Assembly: GCA_964388955.1 (NCBI GenBank)
Contig: CAYMCO010000001.1
Coordinates: 66,951-130,950, forward strand
DNA: 64,000 bases
DNA from: an uncultured Anaerolineaceae bacterium
Lineage (GTDB): Bacteria; Chloroflexota; Anaerolineae; Anaerolineales; E44-bin32
Direction of reading: 5' to 3'
The notes beneath the pieces are model-generated. The model ran no database searches and was not told the DNA's origin. It saw only the letters and a list, made by a program, of their open reading frames with translations. Below, piece by piece: positions 42,615-53,391 of the stretch (positions within the stretch are counted from its first letter, which is position 1; each line of letters begins with the position of its first letter). The translations under genes and the position numbers were made by a program.

Positions 42615-43637
42615 TCAACGGTCCCTTCTGAGCAACCTGCTGGTGATCCGGCGAAGCTCTTCCTTCGCGGTGCCCGCCTTGGCGAAGCGGTCCAATGCTT
42701 CCAAAGCCAGGTCGGTGTGGTCTTGGGCGGCCTGGCGGGAACTCGCTTCTGCCCCGACGGACTCGATCAGATGGGCCATTTCATCCAGAGAGGCCGGATC
42801 TGCGGCGCCCGATTCCCACAGTGCCGCGAACTCCGATGACCGGTCCAATCCCCGAATGACAGGCAGGGTCTTCTTCCGCGACCGAAGGTCGTCGGCGCAG
42901 GGCTTCCCGGTTGCCTCCGGATCTCCCCAAATCCCGAGCACGTCGTCCATGATCTGAAATGCCATGCCCAGATGCCAGCCATACAGACGGCTGGCCTCGA
43001 CGGCTTCGCGAGGGGCGTCGCCGATCAACGCGCCGACCTCCGTAGCTGTGGCCACCAATGCGGCCGTTTTGCCATCGATCATCTCCATGTACGCCGCTTC
43101 CCCGATGGGTGCCTGATCTTCGAAGGAGAGGTCCAGGAACTGGCCCATGGTGAGGCGGAGGCAGGCGCTGTCCAACCGGCAAAGCACCTCCAGGCTGCGT
43201 TCCGCCGGGACCTCAAGTTCGCTCAAGTTGAACCCTGCCAACCGCGCCATGACAAAGAGCGCATCGCCGCTGTTGATCGCCTGGGGCACCCCCCAGCGCT
43301 TCCAGACGGTCTCCCGGCCACGGCGCGTCGCCGACCAATCCTCGATATCGTCATGGATAAGCGAGAAATTGTGGATCAGCTCCACGGCGGCCGCGGCCGG
43401 CAAGGCAAGCTGCCACTGACCTCCGGCCGCTTCGCAGCTCAGCAAGGTGAGCAGCGGCCGCACACGTTTGCCGCGCCCATCCGGCCGCGCTTCGCGCCAT
43501 CCGAGATGGTACTCAATCATCTCCGCCATCGCCAAATACGGCTCGGATTGCAGCGGAGCGAGCGCCCTTTCCAGCTCCTTTTCGAGGGCCTGGAGCATGA
43601 TTTCCGTGCGCGAGAGTGAGCCTGAGATGCCGCTCAT
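42615..43637 (-). CDS. Polyprenyl (geranylgeranyl) diphosphate synthase
   Basis: First Asp-rich motif LIHDDIED and second FQIMDDVLG. Confidence 0.9.
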   Translation of the reverse strand: MSGISGSLSRTEIMLQALEKELERALAPLQSEPYLAMAEMIEYHLGWREARPDGRGKRVRPLLTLLSCEAAGGQWQLALPAAAAVELIHNFSLIHDDIEDWSATRRGRETVWKRWGVPQAINSGDALFVMARLAGFNLSELEVPAERSLEVLCRLDSACLRLTMGQFLDLSFEDQAPIGEAAYMEMIDGKTAALVATATEVGALIGDAPREAVEASRLYGWHLGMAFQIMDDVLGIWGDPEATGKPCADDLRSRKKTLPVIRGLDRSSEFAALWESGAADPASLDEMAHLIESVGAEASSRQAAQDHTDLALEALDRFAKAGTAKEELRRITSRLLRRDR

Positions 43638-44665
43638 CGAACGGGGACGAGTTCTGTGGCTTGCAAGCTAGATATATCCGGGTTGCCGGTGGCAAACATG
43701 ACGATGCGGATCTCCTGCTGGAGGTCCTGCAAGGCCTCGAGCGCGCGCTCGGCTGACTCTGCGGCAGCCTTCAGCAGCGGCCCCGCCAGCCCCCCCAAGT
43801 GAGCCCCCAGGGCCAGGCATTTTGCTATGTCGGTGCCTGACCGCAGCCCGCCGGAGGCGATCAGGGGCGTATCGGGCAGTGCGGCGTGCACCTGGGTCAC
43901 AGCTTCCGCTGTGGGGATGCCCCAATCAACAAAGGCCGCCGCCAGACGCCGCCGCCTTTCATCCGGAGCGCGATGCATCTCTACCTGGGACCAGGAAGTC
44001 CCTCCTGCGCCGGCGATGTCGATCGCCGCCACGCCCGCGTCCGCAAGCCGCTTGGCGACGGAGGCACCGATCCCCCAGCCCACTTCCTTCACCAGCACCG
44101 GCACTCCCAGTTGCCGACACACTCGCTCGATCTTGGGAAGAAGATCGCTGAAATCGACGTCTCCCTCCGGCTGCAACGCTTCCTGCAGCGGATTGAGATG
44201 GAAGACCAGCCCGTCCGCTTGCAGCAGATCGACGACCCGCCGACACTGGTCCACCCCATAACCGTAGTTCAATTGGACCGCGCCCAGATTGGCGAAAAGC
44301 AAGATGTCCGGCGCTGCGGAGCGCACCTGGAATGTGTGGGCCAGGGAGGAATCCTCCAGCACGGCGCGACCAGATCCCAGGCCCATCGCGACCCCCACTT
44401 GCTGTGCGGCAGCCGCCAGGGCCAGGTTGATCTCCTTTGCTCGTTCTGTGCCGCCAGTCATCGAGGAGATCAGTATGGGGGCCCCGACCTGCTTGCCGAG
44501 GAATTCCACCTGGGTGGATACCTGATCGAGGCGCAGTTCAGGTAGCGCGCAGTGTTCGAAGCGGAGGTTTTCCAGGCCGGTGGTAATCCCCGAAGTCACA
44601 TCCTGCTCGAGATTCACCCGGATGTGGTCCGCTTTTCGTTTCGCAGTGGACGTAACTTTGTTCAT
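43634..44665 (-). CDS. fni: Type-2 (FMN-dependent) isopentenyl-diphosphate delta-isomerase
   Basis: 343 aa. [17 protein letters not shown] and IAGAGGTSW blocks typical of IDI-2. 4-nt overlap with the downstream prenyl synthase gene. Confidence 0.9.
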   Translation of the reverse strand: MNKVTSTAKRKADHIRVNLEQDVTSGITTGLENLRFEHCALPELRLDQVSTQVEFLGKQVGAPILISSMTGGTERAKEINLALAAAAQQVGVAMGLGSGRAVLEDSSLAHTFQVRSAAPDILLFANLGAVQLNYGYGVDQCRRVVDLLQADGLVFHLNPLQEALQPEGDVDFSDLLPKIERVCRQLGVPVLVKEVGWGIGASVAKRLADAGVAAIDIAGAGGTSWSQVEMHRAPDERRRRLAAAFVDWGIPTAEAVTQVHAALPDTPLIASGGLRSGTDIAKCLALGAHLGGLAGPLLKAAAESAERALEALQDLQQEIRIVMFATGNPDISSLQATELVPVR

Positions 44666-44794
44666 CTCAGGGGGTTTCCTTAATGGAGAGGCATGTTACC
44701 AAGAGAGGGGAGGGCTGTCAACTTCGGCTCCCCTGTGGTAAGATCGATCAACTTGAAAGCCGTGGATTCCGGCTGACGGGAAAGGAGCAGCGAC

Positions 44795-45031
44795 ATGGCC
44801 GATACGTACGCGGAAGTGCAAAACATCATCGTAGACCTGCTGGGAATTGATGAATCAAAGGTGACTCCGGAGGCCCGATTCCGGGAGGACCTCGAGGCGG
44901 ATTCCTTGGATCTTGTGGAACTCATCATGGCTTTTGAGGAGAAGTTCGGCGGTGAAATCTCGGATGAGGATGCCCAGAAGATCACGACGGTCGGGGAAGC
45001 GGTCGAGTATATCGATCAACACATGACGTGA
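44795..45031 (+). CDS. acpP: Acyl carrier protein
   Basis: 78 aa with the phosphopantetheine-attachment motif [19 protein letters not shown]. Confidence 0.95.
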   Translation: MADTYAEVQNIIVDLLGIDESKVTPEARFREDLEADSLDLVELIMAFEEKFGGEISDEDAQKITTVGEAVEYIDQHMT

Positions 45032-45057
45032 TCGTTCGCCCATGGCCGGGTGACAGT

Positions 45058-45087
45058 GGGCCGGGACTCTCCGGCCCTTTATCTTTT
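45058..45087 (+). terminator. Intrinsic terminator after acpP
   Basis: GGGCCGG-gactct-CCGGCCC followed by TTTATCTTTT. Confidence 0.75.
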
Positions 45088-45122
45088 AATCTGATATGGG
45101 TGGAAAGCCTCAAACGAATCCC

Positions 45123-46286
45123 TCACTCATTGGGCGCGCCGTCTCGATGCTTCCCATCGGCCAGTCGAGCGCCCAGCTCCTGCAGCTCCTGCTCCTCCTG
45201 ATTCTGGGCCTGAAAAAAGCCCTTCATAAACTCGGAACGTCGCAGCCGCAGCGCCATGGGGATCACCTGGCGCACATCTTCTACGGTGGCCTTTGAGCGC
45301 CCATCTGCCACCGCGTAGGCGCGTGCGGCCTCGAAGAGGGTGAGTTCAGCGCGCAGGGATTCGATCTCCAATTCCCGGATGATCGCCAGGCCGTATTTCT
45401 CCGCCTCGGGGGCGATTTCGGCATCCGGCAGCTTCTCACGGGCGAGCGATATCTCCTCGTGCACCCGCTCCGTGAGTTCAGCATACTCCTGGATCACCTG
45501 CCGGGGGTTGTTGCGATAGGCGCGCGATCGCCTGTATGCTTCGAAACGCTGATCCGGGTCCTGAAGGCCCTTCACCACTACCCGCAAGCCGAACCGATCC
45601 ATGATCTGCGGCCGTAGCTGGCCCTCTTCCGGATTCATGGATCCGATGAGCACAAAGCGGGAGCGGTAGGTGGCGGACAACTGGCCGCGCGTGACCGTAT
45701 AGAGCCCCTGTGCGGAGGCGTCCAGGATGGCGTCCACGATCTCGTCGTTGAGCAGGTTGACTTCGTCCACATACAGCAGATTGCGGTCAGCGTAGGAGAG
45801 GATCCCTCGCTGGACCCCGAAACGCTTGCGGATGGCGGCGCGATCGTCGACGCCGCCGATCACATCGGGAAGCCCGGCGTTCAAAGGCAGCTCGATCAGC
45901 CGCACCCTGTCTTTATGAGTGAGCGGCTCGCCTTCGCCGAAGCGCTTTGCACAATCCGGGCATACCGCCTCCATACCCTCAGCGAGGATGTCTTCCGGGA
46001 GGCAACCATACATGCATCGGCTGCGGTCAACCAACGGCAAGATGGAAGGCAATCCCCGTACCGCGGTCGTCTTTCCCGTCCCTCGCGGCCCAATCAAGAG
46101 TGCCCCCTGCACGTTCGGATTGATCACCGTCAACAGCAGTGCCGTCTTGAGCTCCTCCTGTCCGACGATGCCCAGAAAGGGGTAAGGCAGCGGCTCCGCC
46201 AGCCCGAGATCGGCCGGCGCCGGCGCACTCAATATGCGCTTGCTGCCGGCGACCTCGAGCAGATCAGTGATGGAGCGGATCTCCAT
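45123..46286 (-). CDS. BchI/ChlI-like (Mg-chelatase subunit I family) AAA+ ATPase with a Cys4 insertion
   Basis: FLGIVGQEELKTALLLTVINP, Walker A GPRGTGKT, Walker B LLYVDEVNLL. Insert CMYGCLPEDILAEGMEAVCPDCAKRF. No BchD or BchH-like gene adjacent. Confidence 0.8.
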   Translation of the reverse strand: MEIRSITDLLEVAGSKRILSAPAPADLGLAEPLPYPFLGIVGQEELKTALLLTVINPNVQGALLIGPRGTGKTTAVRGLPSILPLVDRSRCMYGCLPEDILAEGMEAVCPDCAKRFGEGEPLTHKDRVRLIELPLNAGLPDVIGGVDDRAAIRKRFGVQRGILSYADRNLLYVDEVNLLNDEIVDAILDASAQGLYTVTRGQLSATYRSRFVLIGSMNPEEGQLRPQIMDRFGLRVVVKGLQDPDQRFEAYRRSRAYRNNPRQVIQEYAELTERVHEEISLAREKLPDAEIAPEAEKYGLAIIRELEIESLRAELTLFEAARAYAVADGRSKATVEDVRQVIPMALRLRRSEFMKGFFQAQNQEEQELQELGARLADGKHRDGAPNE

Positions 46287-46373
46287 GGTCTTCAGATTCT
46301 CTCCTCGGGGTCGCCGCTCCCGACTCTACCCCTGAGTTGCCCTGGCACGGGAGCGCGGTTGGAGCGTAGCCAC

Positions 46374-46760
46374 TCAAAGCATATCCTCCTTGAGTTCGCC
46401 GTGATCCGCCGTATGCAGCCGGTTGGGCGAGCTTTCCAGCACATCCATATGCTGGAAGGGGAGCTCAGCCATCAATGGCGGCAGGGGCACGTGGGCCGGT
46501 GGCCGGATTCGGCTCGGGGGAGGGGGCGGATCTTCCCTCCGCAGGCGGCCGTGACTTGCTGACCGTCGGCACAAGATGCGAGGGGTATTCGTCAACCATC
46601 CGACGTAGACTCCATCCACATCATACACCTCCCGGTCGGGGGTCACCCAACCCACCCATTCCCCGTTGGTATTGAAGATATGAGGATAGCACAGCAACGC
46701 CCGCCACTCGCCGGAAGAAGAATAGATGGGGATGGGTTTCTGGCTATCCGATGTAGACAT
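46374..46760 (-). CDS. Hypothetical protein with repeated beta-hairpin motifs and a Pro-rich tail (resembles '4-fold beta flower' proteins)
   Basis: 128 aa from ATG 46760. Repeats IYSSSGEWRALL / IFNTNGEWVGWV / VYDVDGVYVGWL, then PPPPPSRIRPPAHVPLPPL. The family assignment is from memory, not a search. Confidence 0.5.
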   Translation of the reverse strand: MSTSDSQKPIPIYSSSGEWRALLCYPHIFNTNGEWVGWVTPDREVYDVDGVYVGWLTNTPRILCRRSASHGRLRREDPPPPPSRIRPPAHVPLPPLMAELPFQHMDVLESSPNRLHTADHGELKEDML

Positions 46761-46882
46761 CTCTTGCTCCGTGAGCGGGCAAGCCCCTTTGAGTCCCAGG
46801 ATGATTCCGCTCGGTGGGGTTCGTACGCCCCCAACCTGAAGGCGCGATGCCGGGCCTCCACGGCCATTCCGCCCCCTGCTGG

Positions 46883-47380
46883 TCACGAGACATCGGAGTA
46901 TGTCCAGATCCGGTTGACGCCGAAGTTCCAGAAGAGCACAATCACGACTGTGAGCGCCAGAGCCAGGTTGCGCCCGGCCACGGCAGCGTCCAAAGGGGGG
47001 AAGGAGGCGGGGAACCAGGGCGCGGGCGAACGGGATAAACCGAGCAGGGCCTCCGCGGCCCGGATCATCGGTCGCTCCGCGACGGCCAGCACAGGTATGC
47101 GGATGGCCAAGCCCACCGCGTTCACCAGGAAAAACTGGCTCACTTGAAGGGAAATGCGTTTGCTGCGGGAATCAGGGTAGGTCCAGAAGCGGTTCCATAT
47201 GAAATTGCTGCTCACCGCAGCAGAAAACGAAATAGCGCCGGAAAGCAGGTAGCTCACGCCAAGCGCCGATTGCAGCAAGTTGAAGGTGCCGAAATCAATT
47301 ATCGCCCCCAGCGTGCCGACGACGGCAAACTTGAGGAAGCGACTCATTTCCCTACGGATGTCCAGGGAGTCCATCGTCAT
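46883..47380 (-). CDS. GtrA-family membrane protein
   Basis: 165 aa. [23 protein letters not shown] ... FIWNRFWTY ... [11 protein letters not shown] pattern with 4 TM segments. Confidence 0.8.
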   Translation of the reverse strand: MTMDSLDIRREMSRFLKFAVVGTLGAIIDFGTFNLLQSALGVSYLLSGAISFSAAVSSNFIWNRFWTYPDSRSKRISLQVSQFFLVNAVGLAIRIPVLAVAERPMIRAAEALLGLSRSPAPWFPASFPPLDAAVAGRNLALALTVVIVLFWNFGVNRIWTYSDVS

Positions 47381-48327
47381 AGCCGGGCGCGAAAATCCTC
47401 AATGGTAGGCTCCAGCCCGTCTTCGAGCGAGATTTCTGGCTCCCAGGGCAGGATGCTCATGGCTCGCGCGATGGCCGGCTGCCGCCGCTCCGGGTCAGAT
47501 TCCCCTCGGCGACGTGGATAGAACTCCAGGCTCGAATCACTGCCCGTGAGGCCAATGATCTTGTGCGCCAAGCCCAAGATGGTGATCTCTGCCGGGTTGC
47601 CCAAATTCACGGGATCGTGGAAGTCGGAGAGGAGCAGCTGGAAGAGTCCGTCGACCATATCGTCGATATAGCAGAAGCTGCGCGTCTGCGTTCCCTCCCC
47701 GTACACCGTGAGCGCCTCGCCGGTCAGCGCCTGGCAGAGGAAGTTGGGCACGACCCGGCCGTCGTCCAAGCGCATGCGCGGGCCGTATGTATTGAAAATG
47801 CGCGCGATGCGGGTGTCCAGGCCATGGAAGCGGTGGTAGGCCATGGTGATGGCCTCGGCGAAGCGCTTTGCCTCGTCGTACATAGACCGGTGGCCGACCG
47901 GGTTCACATGGCCCCAGTAGGTTTCTGGTTGCGGATGTTCCTCAGGATCCCCATAGACTTCCGAGGTGGAGGCCAGCAGGAACCGAGCTTGATTCGCCTT
48001 CGCGAGGCCGAGGGCGTTGTGGGTTCCCAGGGCCCCAACCTTCAGGGTTTGGATGGGAAGCTGCGGATAACCGAAGGGGGATTCCGGGTTTGGGCTGGCG
48101 GGAGATGCGAGGTGCAGGACCGCGTCGACCTTCCCCGGGATGAAGATGTAGTTGGATACATCGTGGTTGATGAACAGAAAGTCGTCTCGACCGGCGAGAT
48201 GGGAGATGTTTTCGAGGGATCCTGTGACCAGGTTGTCCAACACCACCACCTCGTGGCCCTCTCTCAACAGCCGGTCGCATAGGTGCGACCCGATGAATCC
48301 TGCCCCGCCGGTTACCACGGTGCGCAT
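47377..48327 (-). CDS. UDP-glucuronate decarboxylase-like SDR (NAD-dependent epimerase/dehydratase)
   Basis: [17 protein letters not shown], catalytic YDEAKR, overall UXS-like. Start at ATG 48327 (MRTVVTGG). ATGA overlap with the GtrA-like gene. Confidence 0.85.
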   Translation of the reverse strand: MRTVVTGGAGFIGSHLCDRLLREGHEVVVLDNLVTGSLENISHLAGRDDFLFINHDVSNYIFIPGKVDAVLHLASPASPNPESPFGYPQLPIQTLKVGALGTHNALGLAKANQARFLLASTSEVYGDPEEHPQPETYWGHVNPVGHRSMYDEAKRFAEAITMAYHRFHGLDTRIARIFNTYGPRMRLDDGRVVPNFLCQALTGEALTVYGEGTQTRSFCYIDDMVDGLFQLLLSDFHDPVNLGNPAEITILGLAHKIIGLTGSDSSLEFYPRRRGESDPERRQPAIARAMSILPWEPEISLEDGLEPTIEDFRARL

Positions 48328-48355
48328 ATGTCTCTCCTGTCCGTTCGGCTGCCGC

Positions 48356-50110
48356 TCACGGTCCCCAATCAAGTGCCGCGGTTTGTCCCTCGCCGGTGAT
48401 TCTCTGGCCTTGGCCCGTGGCCACGTCCACAACCCACAGGTCGCCTCGAAGGGTCAGCGCGATGCGTTCGCCGTCCGGCGACCACACCACATGCTGCGGT
48501 TCAATGCCCGGCTCCCCATCGGGTGGGAAGAGCGCGCGCCGGTTGCTGCCATCTCGGTCCATCACCACCAGCCGATAGCGGCTGTCTTCGCTGGTCAAAG
48601 GCGTGATCGCCTGCAAGAAGGCAAGAGAGTATCCCGACTCCCACGATTCCGTCTCCACACCTGATACGACCGGAGACGCGAACATGCCCGTCCGGCTCGC
48701 CAAGCTGATGGCCGTGCCGCCATCCCCCGTCAGGGCGGCCAGGCCAAACACCGGCGACGCCATGCGGCCTTCCAGACCCTCAGGCTCGCCATGGTCGACA
48801 AAATACAGGGTCTCATTGTCGTTCCCCCAAGCCAGGCCCGGAACCCAGGCCCAATCGCCGAGGGTCTGGTATGGAACGACCTCCCGCAACTGCTCGAAAC
48901 CCGGATCATCCAGCAGGACGATGCCGATGCTGTCCGCCCGTGCGTAGGCCAGTTTGGAGCCATCCGGTGCCCAGGTGAACGTTGAACCCCACCATCCGTA
49001 TTGTCCGCCGGGATTGGGGTCAATGAGCTCACGCTTGAAGTATCGCCGTTTGACGGGATCGAACGCAATCGTCCATAAGTCATTGTTCGCCTGCCAGCCG
49101 GGTGGCGATGGGCTGGGTTCGGCGGTGGAGTAGGCGATCAACAGCGCCGGGGCATCTGGGGACCACGCGGCGAAGTGGACCACGTTCTGGACATCAAGGT
49201 CAATGGGGCTCAGGCCGAGATCGCGAGTCGACGAGAGCCAGAGCGAGTTGATCACGCCCTCGTCTTCCAGCTCGGCTCGCGAATAGAGCAGCCATGCGCC
49301 GTCGGGAGAAAGCTGAAAAGCTCTGCCGTCCAGGTCCCCGGTGGAAACCAATGGGATGCGGTTCCCGGTGCTGCCCTGCATGAGCCAGGCGTTGCCCGTG
49401 GAAACATAGGCCAGGCGGCCTTCGATTTGCAGAGGCGTGTACCAGGCCTGCGAACCGATCATAATGATTTCCGCCTGCGGTTCTTCCAAGACAGTGGTCT
49501 TGACCGGAGTCCGGGAGACCGGCTTTCCATCCTCCATCAGCACCCGGTAGGTGGTCTCCTGGGTACCGTTCGCGCCGGGCTGGAGCAGGATCGTGTCCCC
49601 CTCGGGTATGCCTTCATTGCGGATGGTCTGGCGCTCGAAGGGGATGGTGGTGGTCTCGATCTCGAAACGTTCCGTGACCCGCCGAACTTCCACGCGCGCC
49701 CCTTCGTCGAGCACAGTGTAGGTCATCGGCTGGACACGGTCGAGCTCGCCGAGATGGACACCGGCCGCCTCAAGCGCGGCCTGCACGGTTGAGCCGGAAG
49801 GGATCTCCAGCGTAGTGGTCTTCCCATCTGCGCTCACGAGAACGTGCAGGATCCCCGCTGTCGCCTGCGGGCCGACGCAGGCGGCCATGGAGGCGGCCAG
49901 GATCACCGCTGAACAGATGATGCTCAACCTGGGACACCAGCGGGAAAAGGAACGCGGCCGCCGATTCAACTTCGTGTGGGTTGAGGTCGAAACCGGCCCC
50001 CGCAGACCGGTTGTCTCGGGGTTTGTGCGGCGTGACCGGGGGGAATCCCTGCGGTCCGGGTGGGCAATTCCGATCAAGTTCGAGCCCTTCAAGCGGAGTA
50101 CTGCCCTCAA
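48356..50110 (-). CDS. Membrane-anchored DUF348 - G5 - beta-propeller (TolB/WD40-like) protein
   Basis: TM segment [22 protein letters not shown]348-like segment ([33 protein letters not shown]...VEVRRV). G5 domain ([52 protein letters not shown]...IIMIGSQ). About 350 aa of propeller-like repeats follow. The start is uncertain. Confidence 0.7.
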   Translation of the reverse strand: MRAVLRLKGSNLIGIAHPDRRDSPRSRRTNPETTGLRGPVSTSTHTKLNRRPRSFSRWCPRLSIICSAVILAASMAACVGPQATAGILHVLVSADGKTTTLEIPSGSTVQAALEAAGVHLGELDRVQPMTYTVLDEGARVEVRRVTERFEIETTTIPFERQTIRNEGIPEGDTILLQPGANGTQETTYRVLMEDGKPVSRTPVKTTVLEEPQAEIIMIGSQAWYTPLQIEGRLAYVSTGNAWLMQGSTGNRIPLVSTGDLDGRAFQLSPDGAWLLYSRAELEDEGVINSLWLSSTRDLGLSPIDLDVQNVVHFAAWSPDAPALLIAYSTAEPSPSPPGWQANNDLWTIAFDPVKRRYFKRELIDPNPGGQYGWWGSTFTWAPDGSKLAYARADSIGIVLLDDPGFEQLREVVPYQTLGDWAWVPGLAWGNDNETLYFVDHGEPEGLEGRMASPVFGLAALTGDGGTAISLASRTGMFASPVVSGVETESWESGYSLAFLQAITPLTSEDSRYRLVVMDRDGSNRRALFPPDGEPGIEPQHVVWSPDGERIALTLRGDLWVVDVATGQGQRITGEGQTAALDWGP

Positions 50111-50162
50111 GTGTTGCGTAATTGCTGAGGCAGAATCGCGCTGGTATAATCCTTACAAGCTT

Positions 50163-50738
50163 TTACTTAAGTTTACCAACGATCGCCATCTCACCATCGC
50201 TAATCGCGATGGTGTTGATCCGTATGCCGGTCGCCGCCGGCCCAAACTTGCCGGTGAACGCCTCCGTCAGGATGGCCGAAATGGAATTGCGCAGCACCTC
50301 GGGTGCTGCCATCGGTCCCAGTTTGGCTTCGATGAGATCGAAAGAGATATTACCATCAGAATCCACCTCTGGAGAAATCGCAATTAGGAAGCTGGCTTGG
50401 AACGGGCCTCGGCTGGTCACGCCATAGATCCGCATCAAGCCATCCCTGAGGAAGATTTGAGGCGAGACGGTGATGGGGGCGTCGATTTCCTGCATACGTA
50501 GTGCGAAATAGGCAGTCAGTTGCTTCTCGTCTATGATCACAGTCACTTCCTGGTCTACGGCGTTGAGGACCGCCGACTCCCAGGCCGAACCCAATGTTGC
50601 CGCCGCTTTCGGCTTCACCTGCATCAGGGGTGCGGGGGGCGACGGGCCACCCAAATCGAGCGAGCAGGCCAGGGAACCCAATCCCAGGCTAGCGGCAAGT
50701 AACAAAATGTGCCAGCGAAAGCAGACCCTTGAATTCAT
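50163..50738 (-). CDS. Putative lipoprotein, function unknown
   Basis: 191 aa with the signal/lipobox LLLAASLGLGSLAC. No family recognised. Confidence 0.6.
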   Translation of the reverse strand: MNSRVCFRWHILLLAASLGLGSLACSLDLGGPSPPAPLMQVKPKAAATLGSAWESAVLNAVDQEVTVIIDEKQLTAYFALRMQEIDAPITVSPQIFLRDGLMRIYGVTSRGPFQASFLIAISPEVDSDGNISFDLIEAKLGPMAAPEVLRNSISAILTEAFTGKFGPAATGIRINTIAISDGEMAIVGKLK

Positions 50739-51379
50739 CTGAATCGACCGATCCTCTGCCCCCGCGAGGGCGTGAATTTGCTGAAAGAGACCGCGGCTGC
50801 GACGAGCGAGACGACGGCGCCAGCCCGCTCAGGGCGCGCGTAGAGGCCTTGCTGTTTGTGGCTGCAGAACCCGTGCCAGTCTCGAAGCTGTCGGGCAGCC
50901 TCGGGGTCTCCTCGGGTGAAATCGAGTCCGCTTTGGTCGAGCTGAGCGAGCAGTATCGGGGAACCGGCCTGCAAGTTCAGCGGCATCACAGTGGGGTACA
51001 GATCACGACCGCGCCCGAAGTCGCCTCCGCAGTGGCCCGCTTCTTGGAGAGCGAGCGGACGACCAGCCTGTCTCGCGCCGCACTGGAGACGCTGGCCATC
51101 GTGGCCTACAAACAACCGGCGACACGGCCCCAGATCGATGCCATCCGCGGCGTCAATTCCGAGAGCGCAGTGCATACTCTTCTCCGCTATGGCTTGATTG
51201 AGGACACAGGACGCAGCGATTCCCCTGGACGCCCAATCCTATACAAGACGACGCCCGACTTCCTCGGCTACTTCGGGGTGAGCTCGTTGGAGGATCTGCC
51301 GGCTATCCCGGGAGAGGCACCGCCGATTGAGGAGGAAGTTGGCGAGGAGCGGCCGGATATCGAGGACGAGGGCCGGTGA
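50729..51379 (+). CDS. scpB: Segregation and condensation protein B
   Basis: RVEALLFVAAEPVPVSKLS ... LSRAALETLAIVAYKQPATRPQIDAIRGVNS ... GRPILYKTTPDFLGYFG. Confidence 0.9.
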   Translation: MNSSESTDPLPPRGREFAERDRGCDERDDGASPLRARVEALLFVAAEPVPVSKLSGSLGVSSGEIESALVELSEQYRGTGLQVQRHHSGVQITTAPEVASAVARFLESERTTSLSRAALETLAIVAYKQPATRPQIDAIRGVNSESAVHTLLRYGLIEDTGRSDSPGRPILYKTTPDFLGYFGVSSLEDLPAIPGEAPPIEEEVGEERPDIEDEGR

Positions 51380-52107
51380 AGGAGCGCGTGCAGAAAATAC
51401 TCGCTCGGGCGGGTTATGGGTCCCGGCGGCGCTGTGAGAGACTTGTGGAAGCGGGGAGGGTGACGATCAACCGGCAAGCGGCGATCCTTGGCAGCAAAGC
51501 CGACGGGACCCAGGATGACATCCGTGTCGATGGTGAGCGCATCGCTCCGCAAGCGGAATTGCGGTATGTGCTGCTCTACAAGCCAGTCGGTGTGCTCTCC
51601 TCCTTGCGCTCACAAGGAGGGCGCCGCACCGTGGGTGACCTGGTCCCTCTTCCGGAACGCCTTTTTCCGGTGGGAAGATTGGATCTGGAGAGCGAGGGTC
51701 TGCTCCTGATGACAAATGATGGGCCGCTGGCCAATCGCCTGACCCATCCGCGCTACGGGCATGAGAAAGAGTACCGGGTGTCCTTTGACCGCAAGCCAGA
51801 TGAGCGGCAGTTGAAAGCCTGGCAAGAGGGGGTTGTGCTCCCGGACGGAAGGCGGACACTTCCGGCACGCGTAACGCTGGAATCGGACCGCGCTGCGGGC
51901 GCTTGGGTGCGGGTTGTGATGAAGGAGGGTCGCAAGCGGCAGATCCGTGAGGTAGCGGAATGTCTGGGATTGCAGGTTCGGAGGCTGATACGCGTCCGCA
52001 TGGCCTCCCTGCGCCTCGGCAATATCCCGCCAGGTGCTTGGCGTTTGCTGACAGAGAAGGAAATCCAGCGGCTGAGGCGGGAGGCTGGATTGGCCCCTCG
52101 GGGTTGA
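51376..52107 (+). CDS. Pseudouridine synthase, RsuA/RluB family
   Basis: S4 domain (RVQKILARAGYGSRRRCERLVEAGRVTIN) and the catalytic Asp motif GRLDLESEGLLLMTNDG. Confidence 0.9.
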   Translation: MKERVQKILARAGYGSRRRCERLVEAGRVTINRQAAILGSKADGTQDDIRVDGERIAPQAELRYVLLYKPVGVLSSLRSQGGRRTVGDLVPLPERLFPVGRLDLESEGLLLMTNDGPLANRLTHPRYGHEKEYRVSFDRKPDERQLKAWQEGVVLPDGRRTLPARVTLESDRAAGAWVRVVMKEGRKRQIREVAECLGLQVRRLIRVRMASLRLGNIPPGAWRLLTEKEIQRLRREAGLAPRG

Positions 52108-52252
52108 GAGAGGATCCCGTAGGGGTGGCGCCGGTTCCCCCCAACAGCGGGAGCAGGGCGTGAAGCGGCAGACGACCGATTGACCGCTTTGGCCTGTCCG
52201 CTGGCCATCGCAGAGTCGTTTGCGTTTCGTGTAGCCATAGGAAGGCGGATAG

Positions 52253-53389
52253 ATGAAGCTTCATGAATACCAATCGAAGCAGATTTTCCAGAAGTATGGT
52301 GTGCCGATCCCCCGCGGTCGCGTAGCGAACAGCGCGGACGAGGCGCGAGCGATTGCCGAGGAGCTTGGGGGGCGCACGGTCATCAAATCCCAAGTGTTGG
52401 TGGGAGGGCGCGGCAAAGCGGGTGGGATCCGCCTGGCGGATTCGCCGGAAGACGCAGAACGGTTGGCGAGAGAGGTCCTTGGGATGACGATCAAGGGCTT
52501 GCACGTGCGCAAGTTGCTTGTCGATGAGGCGGCCGATATTGTCCAGGAGATCTACCTCGGCGTGACGAACGACCGGGTACACGGCTGTCCAGTGGTCATT
52601 GCGTCCGCCGAAGGGGGGGTCGAAATCGAGGAGATCGCCCGAACCCATCCGAGCAAGATCGTGCGGGTGCGGGTCGATCCTCTGCTAGGTCTCCGGGATT
52701 ATCAGGCACGAGATTTGGCGTCCGACATCGAGTTGCAGCGATCCCAATGGCGCGCCTTCAATCAGATCGCCAAAGGGTTGTACCGGGCCTACATGGAGAC
52801 GGATTCGACCCTGGCTGAGATCAATCCACTGGTCATTACGGCAGATCAGCGCATGCTGGCCCTGGATGGGAAGATGGTAATCGACGACAACGGGCTGTTC
52901 CGGCATCCGGAATTGGCAGAAATGCGGGACATGGAGGAGGAACCGACGGCCGAGCAGGAAGCGCGCAGCTTCGGCCTGTCGTATGTCAAATTGGACGGGA
53001 ACGTAGGCTGCATGGTCAACGGCGCAGGATTGGCGATGACCACCATGGATGTGATCAAGCTCTTCGGCGGGGCACCCGCCAACTTCCTCGATATCGGGGG
53101 CGGGGCAGATTCGGAAAAGGTGGCCGCCGCACTGCGCATCATCCTGAAGGATCCGAACGTAGAGACCATCCTGATCAATATCTTCGGGGGCATCACCCGC
53201 TGCGACGAAGTGGCACGTGGGGTTCTTGAGGCGCTGGAGATGCAGCCGACGGACCTTCCCATGGTGGTCAGGCTGGTTGGAACCAACGAAGAGGACGGCC
53301 GTATTATCCTGTCCGAGGCGGATATGATCACGGCCACCAGCTTGTCCGAAGCGGCCAAACAAGCGGTCGCGGCGGCGAGAGGGGGGTAG
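52253..53389 (+). CDS. sucC: Succinyl-CoA synthetase (ADP-forming) beta subunit
   Basis: [20 protein letters not shown] start, ATP-grasp region, [18 protein letters not shown]. Confidence 0.96.
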   Translation: MKLHEYQSKQIFQKYGVPIPRGRVANSADEARAIAEELGGRTVIKSQVLVGGRGKAGGIRLADSPEDAERLAREVLGMTIKGLHVRKLLVDEAADIVQEIYLGVTNDRVHGCPVVIASAEGGVEIEEIARTHPSKIVRVRVDPLLGLRDYQARDLASDIELQRSQWRAFNQIAKGLYRAYMETDSTLAEINPLVITADQRMLALDGKMVIDDNGLFRHPELAEMRDMEEEPTAEQEARSFGLSYVKLDGNVGCMVNGAGLAMTTMDVIKLFGGAPANFLDIGGGADSEKVAAALRIILKDPNVETILINIFGGITRCDEVARGVLEALEMQPTDLPMVVRLVGTNEEDGRIILSEADMITATSLSEAAKQAVAAARGG

Positions 53390-53391
53390 GG

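Noticed and set aside
45123-46286. BchI-like gene as evidence of bacteriochlorophyll synthesis or phototrophy
   Set aside because: No bchD, bchH or other pigment genes are in the window, and the Cys4 insert and context argue for a non-chelatase or unlinked role. No phototrophy claim is made.
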